From Basidiobolus meristosporus CBS 931.73 (Eukaryota; Fungi; Basidiobolomycota), in the NCBI GenBank assembly GCA_002104905.1, contig MCFE01000033.1, positions 1 through 64,000 of the forward strand: a stretch of DNA of 64,000 nt, read 5' to 3'. A model generated the notes under the pieces. The model worked only from the letters and a program-made list of their open reading frames with translations. It made no database searches and was not told the DNA's origin. Below are positions 39,026 through 51,664 of the stretch, one piece after another. The position numbers and the translations under genes were made by a program. Numbering within the stretch: position 1 is the first letter of the stretch; the number at the start of each line of letters is the position of its first letter.

Positions 39026-39690
39026 TCAATCATTGTAACGTTCCTTGGAGAAGTTGGGTCCTGTACGAACGGAGCAAGAACCTTACTACCCGTCTGCAAC
39101 AACGGATGTCCAGCGACACTAGTGAAATTGGGTTAGCGAGGTCTATTGTCAAACTTGAAGTCGCAACCTACATCTGCAAGAATCGTTCTAGACCTTCCCG
39201 GCGATGCTCAATTACTTCGTCCGAGAATCGATGAGTGAATACTTTTCCGGGGAGGTATGGTATGTTTACTCGAGGGCATTCGCGTTCCAGGACGTCACGG
39301 AACCACTCGAAATCTCGGTAACGCCTACGCACCGAAGAGGAGGCCAATTTGAAGGAGGGGAGATTTGTCTATGGGTTGAGGTGGAATAATGTGAGAGTTC
39401 AGGTCCACCAAATGAACCTGATAGTGGAACGCGAAAATTAGTTCTTCATAGATCGCCTACTTGACAAACCACCTCGTAGTCAGTGTACATCTTTCTGCCA
39501 AAGCCTAAACTTTGCGTTAGCTAGCCTGTTACGGCCAAGAAAATAGAAACAGGTCTCTCGATTTACCGTGTGTTTGAGGATTCCTCACTTCGATTTCTAA
39601 GAAATTTTCCGGAACGCCATAGATATCTTCCAGAGACTGTTCCTTAATATCGGGTCTGACTTCATTTCCGAAGGAGCGGTGTAGGGTCAT
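39026..39690 (-). CDS. SNX3: Sorting nexin-3 (PX domain), 4 exons, probable 1-nt deletion near the C-terminus
   Basis: MTLHRSFG...[19 protein letters not shown]|[14 protein letters not shown]|TNLPSFK...[54 protein letters not shown]|[21 protein letters not shown]; absent from the ORF track. Confidence 0.93.
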
Positions 39691-40352
39691 TGTTGGTATA
39701 TATCTTACAAAGGTGTATACAAGTTAACAAGGTAAGACACGGGTGAATTAGTGTCTGGCTCGCAACCAAGTTACCAGTATTTTTATGGAAGTCACTATGA
39801 AACGCCACAACGAGCTTCACCAACCTTAGTAATATCGCATTCTGTGCGGAAATTCGAACTTCAGCTTCCAAATTATTCGGATGGTTCCAACCAATTGAGA
39901 ATGCCATATTGATCTTTTGTTCTAGACACAGGACAATCGATCTACCCACTTTTCGCCAATACCAAGGAGCTGATGAGGTGAATATTAGACATATATTTAG
40001 CCATGAATTTAACCTTCTTCGAAACCAAAAGGTATCGTTTGAAAGCGGGGTGAGCTCGAGAGTCACGGAGATATATGCGCATATAACCTCCGGATCATGT
40101 ATGCTGGGCCAGGTATGAGGCCCCAGGTGTTCGAAATATTTGTCGAGCTTGTTTCACCGGACACTGATACGTTGTTTCCTTCGTACAAATATCCAAGGAC
40201 AAATATAAATAAGGAAGTGGGGGGTTTGCAGAGTTTGAAAAGTGATTCAGTGCAGCGTTTCCCGTAACGAACCATCACAAAACTCAAATCTAAGGTGCAG
40301 GCGCCTGTCACGGCATAAACGATATCCACCAGAAAGCGGTTTATCCAGAAAT

Positions 40353-40951
40353 ATGAGGACCAACACTTGTTTGGTCTCTAGTAACAGCGAGACCAGCTCA
40401 ACAAGAAGCAGTCTGCGTACTCAAGAGCTGTGTCAGTTCTTTGACGACGAGCTCCCCGCGTTGAAGAAAACGCAGTCCGTTAAGTCACCCAGGGAATTTC
40501 GAGTGGACGTGAAATCTTTAATAGCAAAGGTATGCACACCTACCTCTTACCAGAGTTTTCTAGACCTAACGGAGTGCTTTAGTTCGATTCAAACAAAACT
40601 AGCAGCGCGCCTTCCTCCGTTCGTACGCAGGACAGAGTGCTTCGATGCACTACTCTCCAAACCCCCTCTAGTGAAGCGAGCCAATCGCAGAAATGGCTAA
40701 GAACATCCCCAACTTATCAGCTGGCCAAACTGAGTTACGGAAAGACCAACACCTCTACCAAGTATTCGACAACACTGTCCATTTCGCCGAATCTTGTGTC
40801 ACCAGCAAAGTCACCAGTTCGCCTTGCGAAAGCTTCCGAAGAGCAGCGATGTACAATTTGTAAAGAGCATGTTGACGTCAACAAGTTCGCGGTGATATCA
40901 GGCGAATACTACTGTAGACTTCACTTCAAGATCACTTATCGGCTCTCGTAG
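40353..40951 (+). CDS. Small Ser/Thr-rich protein ending in a single LIM-type zinc finger, 2 exons
   Basis: ATG 40353, intron GTATGC...TTTAG, C-terminal CTICKEHVDVNKFAVISGEYYCRLHF (C-x2-C-x17-C-x2-H); TATAAATA at ~40204. Confidence 0.55.
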
Positions 40952-42043
40952 GAAATACCCCAATTTAATCACATGTATGATTGGCCACAACAAGTGGAAT
41001 AGGAATGCTGATATCGGCCTTCAATTCTTACACCCGTTAGCCAGTGTGCATTGGTCAACTCGACATGTTTATTCTTGCTGGATGTTGAACGAGAACTTCG
41101 AAAGAATCGTGCTACTGTGATAAATATGCGGCTTGAGGTTTCAAAGACATGGACAGAAGTATTCCCGAAATTTGCCAACAACACTACTGTGGAAGATACG
41201 ATGTAGAGATAGCAGAGCCCATTCCCAGCGATGTCACACCTTGCCGTCTCCGATTTCTACCAGGCCATGGGCGATGCATTGCATTTAAATACTCTAAACA
41301 CCACTCTTGATTAGGAACTACCAGAAACGGATTTACGAACGCTAAATGACGCCACAAAAAAGTCAACCCACTAGTCCTGGATTATCACTACCTCGTCAAC
41401 TCCAGCAAAAGGAATATTATCGATTCACGATACACAGAGCTTACCAAAATTAGATCAAAACTGCCTTTGTCAACAGTTTGTCGCTTGGGCCATGAGAATA
41501 CCATTATGGGGTAGTGACCAAGAATTCCTAAGTCAATTGACTTGCAGACAATCCAACAATTTTCCTTGTCATGTCACTCACGGTAAGATAGGCTCACCGT
41601 TGAGAAAGCATGCGAGTGCCTTCATGATCGAGAAATAATACAGGACTGTTTGCCGAGTTTGATGAATCGTTGGATATTTCCGGAAAACATTTACCAGCAA
41701 GTCATAAACAGTCTCAATAATTTTGGAATAATGAACCTTTCAACAATAAAAACTCAGCATATCCAAGTCAATGCTCGATACACCGATAGATGGCAAGTTC
41801 GCGATTTCGGAGCTTTGAGGATTGGCACATCCATTTATTCAAGTCCATTAGGTTGGACATACGGATGCTATCTTCATCTTTCTTCCTCGTATTACAATGC
41901 TTTACCAATTATAGTGGTCATCAATGTAGTTGAATTGTTAAGCATGTAGAATACATTTAAACTCTATGGTGAGGGGTTTGTATAGAATAAGCAAAAAGTG
42001 ATGAAGCCAACAGCAAATGTCAATAAGCTGTCGTCGAGATTGC

Positions 42044-43021
42044 TCAAGAGAAGAGTCGGAGTACAGATTCATATACCAAGAAGTTTATCGAGTGGATGGG
42101 GAATGCTCGTACCAGAGTGGGCACCATTCCGGAGTATAGACCGCGGACTCCAGATTGAGCTTTGACCTTTCTGAAACAATCCCAAAATCCATTGTATGTT
42201 TTTGTTGGAAGGAAGGCCTCCTTTTGGATCCGGGATTTTATAAGGTCAATCGGAAATCCTACCAACCAAGAAAACGTTCCACTACATCCACCCGCCAATA
42301 GAAAGACGAGCGGGGAAGGAGCGAAATGGAAAACATCAAGTGCTGTATGCTTGAAGGTCTCGTAGAAGCCAAAATAAAAGGCAGTACCAAGACTGTCTCT
42401 AAGTGCGTGAAGATGAGTACTGCTGTATAGTGAAGGCAATCCATGGGAACGCAATAAACGAAGGCCACAAGAGAAAGTATTTTCGTTCAGCGGAATTGAG
42501 TTTGTCGAGCTAGCAAGTACTCGCTGAAGTTGCATTTGAATCTTTATCAATTCCAAAGGAGTGCATATCAAACTGGTGATAAAGCCGGAAGTCGCCCCTG
42601 CTCCAAGAATGCAAGGTAGTGTACTATAATAGTTAGTCTTGGTATACTCTTCTATGGGTGCATCGCTCGAGCCGAGGCAAAAGCGGCGGATCAACGAATT
42701 TTTCCCCTCAACATACACCGTAAAGGAGAATGCTTTAATTAGGGTCACGCTTACCAGAGGGCTGGCAATTCCTCGCCAGAAGGCGCCGACTCCCTCATTC
42801 TGTAGAACCAATCGAGCACAAGCATTCATAGAAGGGTAATCAGCTGTTTGCATACGGGTTTTCAAGCAATCGAACGGGTATCCGACTAAGGTTCCGACGG
42901 TCCCTGACGCGCCAGCTGCAATAGCAGTCTTGTATGGCCGCAAGCTTGCTATGAGGGAAGAATCGTTGTCTAACTCATTTTTGCCGGTCTTTGGTAAGAG
43001 TTGGTGAGGGCCTTGACTCAT
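42044..43021 (-). CDS. Mitochondrial carrier (SLC25; Ymc1/SLC25A45-like), intronless
   Basis: Three P-x-[DE]-x-x-K motifs: PFDCLKTRMQ, PLELIKIQMQ, PIDLIKSRIQ; start MSQGPHQ inferred. Confidence 0.9.
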   Translation of the reverse strand: MSQGPHQLLPKTGKNELDNDSSLIASLRPYKTAIAAGASGTVGTLVGYPFDCLKTRMQTADYPSMNACARLVLQNEGVGAFWRGIASPLVSVTLIKAFSFTVYVEGKNSLIRRFCLGSSDAPIEEYTKTNYYSTLPCILGAGATSGFITSLICTPLELIKIQMQLQRVLASSTNSIPLNENTFSCGLRLLRSHGLPSLYSSTHLHALRDSLGTAFYFGFYETFKHTALDVFHFAPSPLVFLLAGGCSGTFSWLVGFPIDLIKSRIQKEAFLPTKTYNGFWDCFRKVKAQSGVRGLYSGMVPTLVRAFPIHSINFLVYESVLRLFS

Positions 43022-43505
43022 GTTCAAGAAAGGTATCTCTCTAAAGTAAGACCTTGCTACTAACACCAAATACCGCAGAACTTAAAGCCAAGTAAACCTC
43101 CTGCTTGAGTATCCTTGATTCTCATGTACGATCATAAAATATTTGTAATCAGCAATTTCGGATTATATCTAGCGTATTGAATGAATATAGTTGGGGTAGT
43201 TGTGGAGATAATTGGCAGCCTACGAATTTGGTAAGATGTATCTCACCAACCAGTACTCACGGCTATTCCTTCACAACTGCAGGCAAAATGAAAATTTATC
43301 CGCTTACCAGTGATCCGAACAGGGTGGGAACTCTGGTTATCCCTTAGCCGAAGTTGCTACAAGTGTGGGCCATCGAAGGCTGGGGTTAGGTTTGTCTTCT
43401 ACTGCGGGTTGTATTGAGTTTATTCAAATGTATGGTTGGACAATGACGGTATGTAAATGATGCCGGTTTGGCTTTGGGAATACGGATGATATCTATACAA
43501 CAGCC

Positions 43506-44761
43506 TTAACAGGCTTTTGCATGCTCGCGAAAGTACTTCGACATGTTTTCATAAACTGCAAAGGTTACACATGTCCCGGGTAGCACGCGGATAGTATTCG
43601 GCCCAAGTCCTTTGTAGAAACCAGACATGCCCTCTGACCTGTAATCCAGTTAATTGTCGAATTCTCATGATCGAGACAGTATCCAAACCAACCTAAAGAT
43701 CTTGGTGATAGTGTCGATCGTGCCGGTGTATTTCGCTTCGACTTGGTAGTTCTAGGTGATATTTTAATCATCAATTCCAAAATGGTTTAGCGTATCCGGA
43801 GATGTACCTGCAGGCGAGTCTTGACCACTTGGTATGGGTATGTGGACACGCTGGCAAAGACCTTCGAAGCAACGGCCATGGCGATGTATTCATAGGTGTC
43901 CTATCAACAACCGGTTGGTACTATGCTTGGAGCTTGCGATTAACAGAAAAGCCATTACCAGTTTATTTTTATCCTTCGATGGATCGTATTCAACCCGCCA
44001 CTTTTTCATTTCCTCGTACGCCATGAATTGTATCGCGCCATGGGACACACCGAATAACGCAGGTACAATACCTCGGTAAAGCCCGCGGATTCCTTCGTTC
44101 TTGGCGATCTGGTAGAGGCCATCTGGCAAAGTTTCAGGGAAAATTAGGGCAATATTCTACTTACACGCTTGATGGCATTCTTACCGAATAGCCCGTTATA
44201 AGCCTGGGTGTAGTTTTTGCTAGTAGCCAACATACGAGTCTTGACTACCCAAATTGGATTGGTGCACACACTAGTGACAGCCCCTTTGGAAGCAAGGTAA
44301 GTCATATAACTACAGAGGATTTACCGAGAAAAAATCTACCTGCTTCAGCTGCAGCCAACAAGTGTTGAGCGGCTGAGAGTTTGGTGTCGCTATTACTTGA
44401 CATTTGTCTTTTGAAAACACTATACCAATAGAAATAGAACCCCCAGCTAAGGGTTGCTCCAGCCAGGTTTGGAGACAGACCACGATATAAGCCGGCAAGC
44501 CCGTCTTCAAGGAGAATAACCTTGGTGGCTTTCAAAGCACGACCAACGATTGGCTTCCGGAGTTCCTTCGGCGATGTGTCCACTATGCAAAGTCACGATA
44601 AGCAACAACGGAAAGGAGTAATCGGTACGACGAAAAGGTCTACCTTGCAATCTGGTTTTGATAACATCCAGAGGATGCACAGCAATAGTGGTCACTGCAC
44701 CTGCGGTCAGACCAGCGACAGCTTGGTCTACAGCTGGGAATCCAGAGAACGACTTGGACAT
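43506..44761 (-). CDS. FLX1: Mitochondrial FAD/folate carrier (Flx1/SLC25A32-like), multi-exon
   Basis: [20 protein letters not shown]...[68 protein letters not shown]. Confidence 0.88.
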
Positions 44762-45010
44762 GAACAGAGGATGGAGGAAATATAATACACCTCTTGACTT
44801 CGATCGGTATAGTTAGTCAAGTTTCAGCCTTATATTTTCCTAGGATCGGAATCAAGATAATCTCTCCATGCAACTGCACAAATCCAATAGATGATTAATC
44901 GCCAGATCCAATAATCAATGATCGCAGTCACTTCCAAAAAAAAAGACCACGTGATGATATAAATTATCGTCAGTGGGAAACCTGGATCAATATTATCAAT
45001 CTTTACCGCA

Positions 45011-46633
45011 ATGGACAACATAGGCTTGGGAAGTCCCACCCTGAAAGCACCTCCAACACTACAGCAAATAACTGAGAAAGTACTGATAAACTGGCGGAGC
45101 TGTACGTTGGATGTTTCTTCTTCAGAGTTTATGTTAGCAACCTTTGATTTACTCCTTCTTTGGCAACAACAGCCATCAGTGACTTAGGAGATGTGCCATA
45201 TTACCTTATCTATCCGGTCCTGAAGGAATGCTCAGCTTCCCAACTTGCCCATATCGAGCACAACAATCCAGTAAGAAATAGACCCCTTCATACACACGTC
45301 GAGAAAATCCTAACTTGATTCCACTTTTGATGCAGCATGTTGTCGAAGAAGATGATGGTTCGTTTACTCCAACATTCAAGATTTTCTACCGTATCTCTAA
45401 AATACCGCTTCCTTCGTATGGATGTTATTTTCAGAATTATGGAAGCCGTTATGTCTACGAGATTTCATTGAGGTTCGACAAGAATATGATTCACACACTC
45501 TCCCAACTGTTATCTCCTGGAGAGAACTGTACATGGTATGACCAATTTATCAATTGTCCACCCCTTGCCTAGCCTAACATCCAGCGTATCAGGAATATGA
45601 GCACAAAAAGCAACTCAAGTTCGAGGAGTGGAGCAAGAAACTGAAGGAAAGGTATGCTCAAGTTCATAACCAGAAGAAGCATACCATCTACACCGAGGAC
45701 GTACCACCACCACCGAGAGGGTATTCTTCCGGTTGGGCCTCATTTAGAACTGGCGAACGAAAGACCACCCGCGGGTTTTCTATTGCAGCAAAGGCCCGAG
45801 CAGAGACCAGGCAAATCTCATCCATCTACAGATCTAACACAAACCCATATTCTGGCTTCAGTCGTCGCAAAGAGAAACCAAGCACTAGTGTTCCAAACAG
45901 CTCCTCTCCGCCGAGGTACGGACCTCCATTAGCATCCAGGTATCCGACCAAACCAGCAGCCGTCCGCCCCTCTCAAAACCATTCGCCACCCTCCGAAAGA
46001 ATCATCGGTAGCTCGCTGTCCGAATGTAGAGAACCAGACAAGAAGAGAAGTATCGAAATCACTTGTTACACTCCACCTGGAAAGCAACATGCCGCTGAGT
46101 CGATTCTCAGAAAAGGCTCCCACTCGGCCCCCGTTTCCAGTAAAGTGTTTTCATCTGAGTGGAGTGTTTTTCAGTCCTCCAATACCGATCACGATTTCAA
46201 CCGATCCAAAACCAGTTCATCTGTCGTTCGTAAGATACGCAGCGAGACTCGTGGTGAATCTCTAAGACTCATGACCCCATCCCCAACCCACCCACCCAGA
46301 CATAATACCGGATCTAGAGTTAATACAGCCAGTCCACATTCTCCCACTTACAACTCTAGAACGGCAAGAACTTCGAGTGCATCCAGTACGATGATCTTTA
46401 CAACTAGCCACTTGACCGAAAATGAACCTAACCACTGCCTTCGTATAGCTCCACTACGTCAGAACGACCAGAATTCCGGAGCTAATCCATGGTGTAGCCC
46501 TGAAGTAGACGCAACGTTTTTTGCCATGGTAAATCCAATCCCTCTTCGCTTACTTTTCTCTGTGGACTAATGGACCGTCAAATAGCTGCACGGAAAGAAG
46601 CCCTCCAAAAAGCTGAAGGGAAGCTCTAACTAG
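45011..46633 (+). CDS. ELA1: Elongin A (RNA polymerase II elongation factor SIII A)
   Basis: PTLQQITEKVL, ISDLGDVPYYLIYPVLKECSASQLAHIEHNNP, ELWKPLC..DF, SWRELYM, then a long Ser/Pro-rich tail; last exon (46586-46633) inferred. Confidence 0.8.
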
Positions 46634-46955
46634 ACCTTTCACCCACATACATTTGACATGGTGTAGCCAATACCCCAAGCATTGCCAAATGGTCTGGCTA
46701 GACATCGCCCAATAGCGCCCATGTAGAATGGAGTCTTGCCTTTGAGTGACTCAGTCCAAGTACCAGCTATGTATATACACTTCGGAAGTACCAGAACCGG
46801 CCAATGTAAATCTCCAACTTTTGCACCAAGTAGATCATATCATGTGATCAGACGATGATCAGCACAAAATAAAGATGAGCACCATAATTTATTTCTCCTT
46901 TGAGCAAGTCAATTTTGTTCTATACACTTTGATTGCCCCTAGGTTTTTGAGCGGC

Positions 46956-49802
46956 TTATTCCTGTCTCAGGGCAAGAACCAAGGCAGTACGGGTGGGAAT
47001 GTAAACCTAATAATGCGGTGTGAGCCAAGGGTTCATGGCAGGTGTGGGTTGCTCTAGTGTACCTGAATATGCTGCGGTCGGCCATGACGTTCACCAGGAA
47101 GCGAGAAGTACACTTGGTCAGGCTCAACCCGGTTATGGCCCTCGAATTTCGCGTCATCAGTGTTCAGGACGATTTTATAGCTGAATAGGCAAGCGCGGTG
47201 TTAGCCCCTTTACTGTGATTAGTCTGTCAGTCATCTCCAAGCAATTTACCTGCCAGCTGAGCCAGTTCCCACTTGATAATCGACATGACTTTTTGTAGGA
47301 TGGAAATTGAAGATCCATAGCAAACCGCCTCGCTCAAATGCGATCACTTTATCGTCCTCGTGGGCTAGGTAGATCCATGCTTGTGGGGATTTGAGCCAGT
47401 TGTACTGTTGCTCGGCCAGATTCATGCAGCGATCGAATTCATTTAGTTTACTGTAACGGAGCAACTCATCCAATGCAAGGTTGAATTGACGTCGAGCGTA
47501 GTGGTAGCTGTAGTTGTTTCCCTCGCGAGGGAAGTCTAACCATTCGGGGTGGCCAAACTCATTTCCCTCGAAGTTGAGGTACCCCTCGCCACCGAGCCCT
47601 TGTGTTATTAGTCTGTGAAAGGCGTGTCAAATGGCTGACATGGAGAAATACCCTAACGAAGCCACATTACCTAATCATCTTATGCAAAGAAAGTCCACGA
47701 TCAATGACGGTGGTCATGGGGCTATGGATTGACATGTTTTGATACATCTCTTGCTCCATCAACCAAGAAACAATCGTCTTGCTACCAACAAGGGCCTGGT
47801 CATGAGATTCACAGTAGGAGATGGTTTTTTCCTAATGAACGCCAGGGTTAATCAGAGCACAACAAATCCATGAGGCCGCAAGCATGATTTCCTACCAAAT
47901 CGCGTCTATTTGTCAGATTATGCACGATGTAGCCCATATTCCAACTCTCATCCTTTGGAACCTATGTTAATACAGTGACAAACTGGACAGTCTCTGCTCC
48001 ATCCATACCGGGTATTCCCGTAGTAGCTTGACCCACATTTCCGGAATAGCCATAGCTAGGCGCTGATCGAAGCCGATTCCACCTTCTTCAATATCTCGAC
48101 AGAGACCAGGCATACCCGAGACGTCTAGATTGTACCAAGTCAATCACCAAGCCACAACATGCAATGCAAGAATGGATACTACCTTCGGCAATGGTGATTA
48201 TATTAGGAAAGATATGGTGAAGCATGGCATTGGCCTAAATGTGTTGAATGCTTAGCGAGCGTTGGGCCGTAATGAGCACCATCGATTGTATTACCATCAT
48301 CAGAAACAAAACCCCGTCGTCGTCGGTATGCTCGTTGAAGTATTCGGCGTAGTTGCCGGTGAACCCGACCCCGATCCCATGGTGATGGAACATGATAGAG
48401 GTGACCGCATCAAAGCGGAAACCATCAAAGTGATATTCTGCAGCGTAGAAGCGCACATTCGACAGTAGGAATCGCTGAACTTCCAATTCCCCATAATTAA
48501 ACAATCGACTATGCAATAAAATGAGTACAGGCCATGCCGGGAAATCCCCACTCGACAAACTCTTACCTATTCCATATAGGATGGAAGCCGCGCTCCCCAC
48601 TGTGAAAATAACACTGATCAGTTCCATCGAATTTATTCAAACCGTCGCTGATGTTGCTACTTGCGTGTGAATGCACAATATCCAACAATACATATAGCCC
48701 CAAGCCGTGGGCTGTATCTATTAGTTGTTTGAGGTCCTCAGGTGTGCCTATGGTGGAAAGTTAGGGGCTACCTTTCATGCAATACTTCTTACACTTGCCC
48801 TTGCACTAACCGAATCGACTTGAGACCGCAAAAAAATTGGTGACTTGGTATCCAAAGCTAGCGTAATATGCATGCTCCATGATTCCCATTAGCTGGATCG
48901 AGTTGTATCCCAGTCGCGCAATATGCGGCAGTACGTTTTCGGTGAATTCCTTGTAACTGGCAATCTTGGGCTCTGGCGAGGAGATACCGACTGTTTTTTC
49001 AAGAGCTTAGTGGGTGTCAGGATAACGGCGTACACAACCGCTCAACCAACCATGGGCTTCGTAAATCTTGAGGTTCTCTGGTTTGGGAGGTGCTGCGTTT
49101 CTCCACTCGTAAGGTTTTTCCGGGTGCCAGAATACAGCGCTGTATGTAGAATTGACATCAGACTCGGGAACTGCTCGTCTGATCCAGGCGGGCAATCTGT
49201 CTATTACTTCGCCTTCGGGGGTTGTCATGGATATCTAAAAGACCGTTACTACGAAACATCGCCAATGCACCATGCGATAAAGGGGCTACCTTCACCCTGC
49301 TGTTGTGAGGGATAGCTAGACTTCCGTCCGGGCGATTGGGAACAAATGTCTCCCAGGCGTTATTGCCACCTTTGTTCATTGGGTTTGCATTTCTATCCCA
49401 ATTATCTAGAACGGTCAGTGGTTAGCCACGAGCAAGGTTTTGTGTCTGACCGATATACATACTGAAGTCACCAACTAAGCTGGCGCTTACAGCGTTCGGT
49501 GCCCATTCTCTATAGATGATTCCCCCGGGGACAACGTTGAAACCGAATTTCTCGTAGCCACGAGTGAAATTGTCCCAGCCACCTTCGTATTGGTCGATCC
49601 TTTCGCAAATCTCCCGATATCTTAGATATCTAAGGGAGTGAGGTGCTTAGATTCCCTTCCCGGCTGAAGTGAGGCGAGAGATAAGTTCAAGTTACCTGCG
49701 ATGCATAATCGGAGCGTATGGCTTTAACCAAGGGTCTTGGAAAGCCATAGAGGTTCCAGGTGGGAACCCATCAGTTCTTGCTCTAAAGACACGACCCTCC
49801 AT
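46956..49802 (-). CDS. GLC3: 1,4-alpha-glucan (glycogen) branching enzyme, many introns
   Basis: [52 protein letters not shown] (catalytic D/E/D present), [14 protein letters not shown]. Confidence 0.95.
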
Positions 49803-50144
49803 AACAGTTTCGAGATCTAAGTGTAAGGCTTCGAGTTGCGAACACGTAAAACTTGGTGAGAAGCGAGTAGTGAGGCACCCTCCGATTTGACAATCAATTA
49901 ATAACCAATATTAAGTGAAATTGGAATAATACGTGGTCAGTGGACATGTGTAGTCAATGTATGTACCAATGATTATCATCCTGAACATCATCAAAATGGC
50001 TTATTTGTTGATCGTGATGTCGATCATCCAAGGATTAGGATAATTTAACCTAGTTACGTCACATTGAAGTAAAGAAAGTCAACTCCAACCCAATGCTACC
50101 AATTGCTTTGACCCTTGGTAAGCCACATGCAAACACACACATAT

Positions 50145-50163
50145 ACGCACGCACGCACGCACG
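50145..50163 (+). repeat. (ACGC)n microsatellite next to an (AC)n run
   Basis: ACGCACGCACGCACGCACG in the GLC3/DPH5 divergent intergenic region. Confidence 0.7.
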
Positions 50164-50354
50164 TACAGGTGGCCAGCTGGGCAAGGTTGGATGCTTATGA
50201 TAAACCAATTGTTGAGTGGAGGTTGAATCATAGTATATAAGAAATCGCTAGTAAAAAAGAAATAAAAATTCTCGGATGAACCAATTTTTTTCAACTGCAA
50301 TCATGTTCACCGGCAATTTCCGACGCTCTCGGTCGTCTCTTTACCTATAGCACG

Positions 50355-51270
50355 ATGTTTTACATAGTTGGTCTTGGCCTGTCGGACGAGCGTGATATCA
50401 CTGTGAAGGGGCTTGAGGCAGTCAAGTCATGCCAAAGAGTCTATCTTGAGGCCTACACCAGCATACTGATGGTCGAAAAGGAAAAGCTGGTACTTTGATG
50501 TTTCCTAGGGATATCCGAAGGGATCTTCTTTATGTAACTCGTTTGTTTTCCAGGAAAAATATTATGGCTGCGAAGTGATCATCGCTGACCGTGAGATGGT
50601 CGAAACCGAGAGCGACGCCATTTTGGCCGATGCTGAGAATATCAACGTCGCCTTCTTGGTGGTCGGCGATCCATACGGCGCCACCACCCACACCGATCTT
50701 TATCTTCGTGCTCGCGAACTTAACATCCCCGTCAAGGTTATCCATAATGCCTCCATCATGAATGCCATCGGTGCCTGCGGCTTGCAACTGTACAACTATG
50801 GCCAAACCATCTCCATGGTCTTCTTCACCGAGACCTGGCGTCCGGATAGTTTCTATGACAAAATCAAGGAGAACAGACAAATCGGGCTACACACTCTTTG
50901 CTTGTTGGATATCAAGGTGAAGGAGCAGAGCATTGAGAATATGGCTCGTGGTCGCTTGATTTACGAGCCTCCTAGATATATGACCGTCAACCAAGCTGTT
51001 GAGCAATTGTTGGAAATCGAAGACAAGCGCCAAGAGGGTGTGTATCACCGGGAAACCATTGGTGTTGGTATCGCTCGCGTTGGTTCCGACGACCAAGTCA
51101 TCAAGGCCGGTACTTTAGAACAATTGTTGACTGCTGATTTCGGCGCACCACTCCACTCCTTAGTTCTTGCTGGTGACCGTATGCACTTTTTAGAGGCTGA
51201 TATGCTCCGTCAATTCGCCATCGATAAGGATGTTTTTGATGAGGTTGTTGCCAAACACTACAACATTTAA
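50355..51270 (+). CDS. DPH5: Diphthine methyl ester synthase, 2 exons
   Basis: [64 protein letters not shown]. Confidence 0.97.
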
Positions 51271-51502
51271 TTCAGGATTCATGTACCTAGCTTGAGAACA
51301 CTAAAGAATGATTTACTTTTAATGCCTGTGTTTATGCTCCACTGGTGCAGTGGCTTTCACTTCTCGGCTGTCTAGCCAGGTGAGACGTGAAGAGTTTCAA
51401 CCAATGATTTGCAACGTTTATCTTATGAGCAGCCGATACCAGGGCTGATGGGAAAATACAATACTGTGGATGAGTGTGTATTTGGACGGTTTTAGTAGTA
51501 TG

Positions 51503-51580
51503 TACTGAAATAATACAGGCAGCAATTCATGGTTTAGCTTCTACTGAAGTAATACAGGCAGCAATCCATGGTTCAGCTTC
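51503..51580 (+). repeat. 39-bp direct tandem duplication (2 copies, 3 mismatches)
   Basis: TACTGAAATAATACAGGCAGCAATTCATGGTTTAGCTTC followed by TACTGAAGTAATACAGGCAGCAATCCATGGTTCAGCTTC, between convergent 3' ends. Confidence 0.9.
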
Positions 51581-51664
51581 TAAAATACTCCGCACTTTCA
51601 ATTCACAAGACCTACTGGCGCTAGGCTTCAGGAAATGAGTTGATCGGAGTTCCGGTAGAAATAA

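Noticed and set aside
23394-43117. GTATCCTT minor-spliceosome (U12) donor-like sites at about 23394, 38864 and 43109
   Set aside because: All lie outside coding introns; every intron I reconstructed has a major-class donor.
47740-48440. Motif drift in the branching enzyme (FDAVTS, LVGSKT versus the usual FDGVTS, LVGDKT)
   Set aside because: Catalytic Asp/Glu/Asp are intact; differences alone do not support a new activity.
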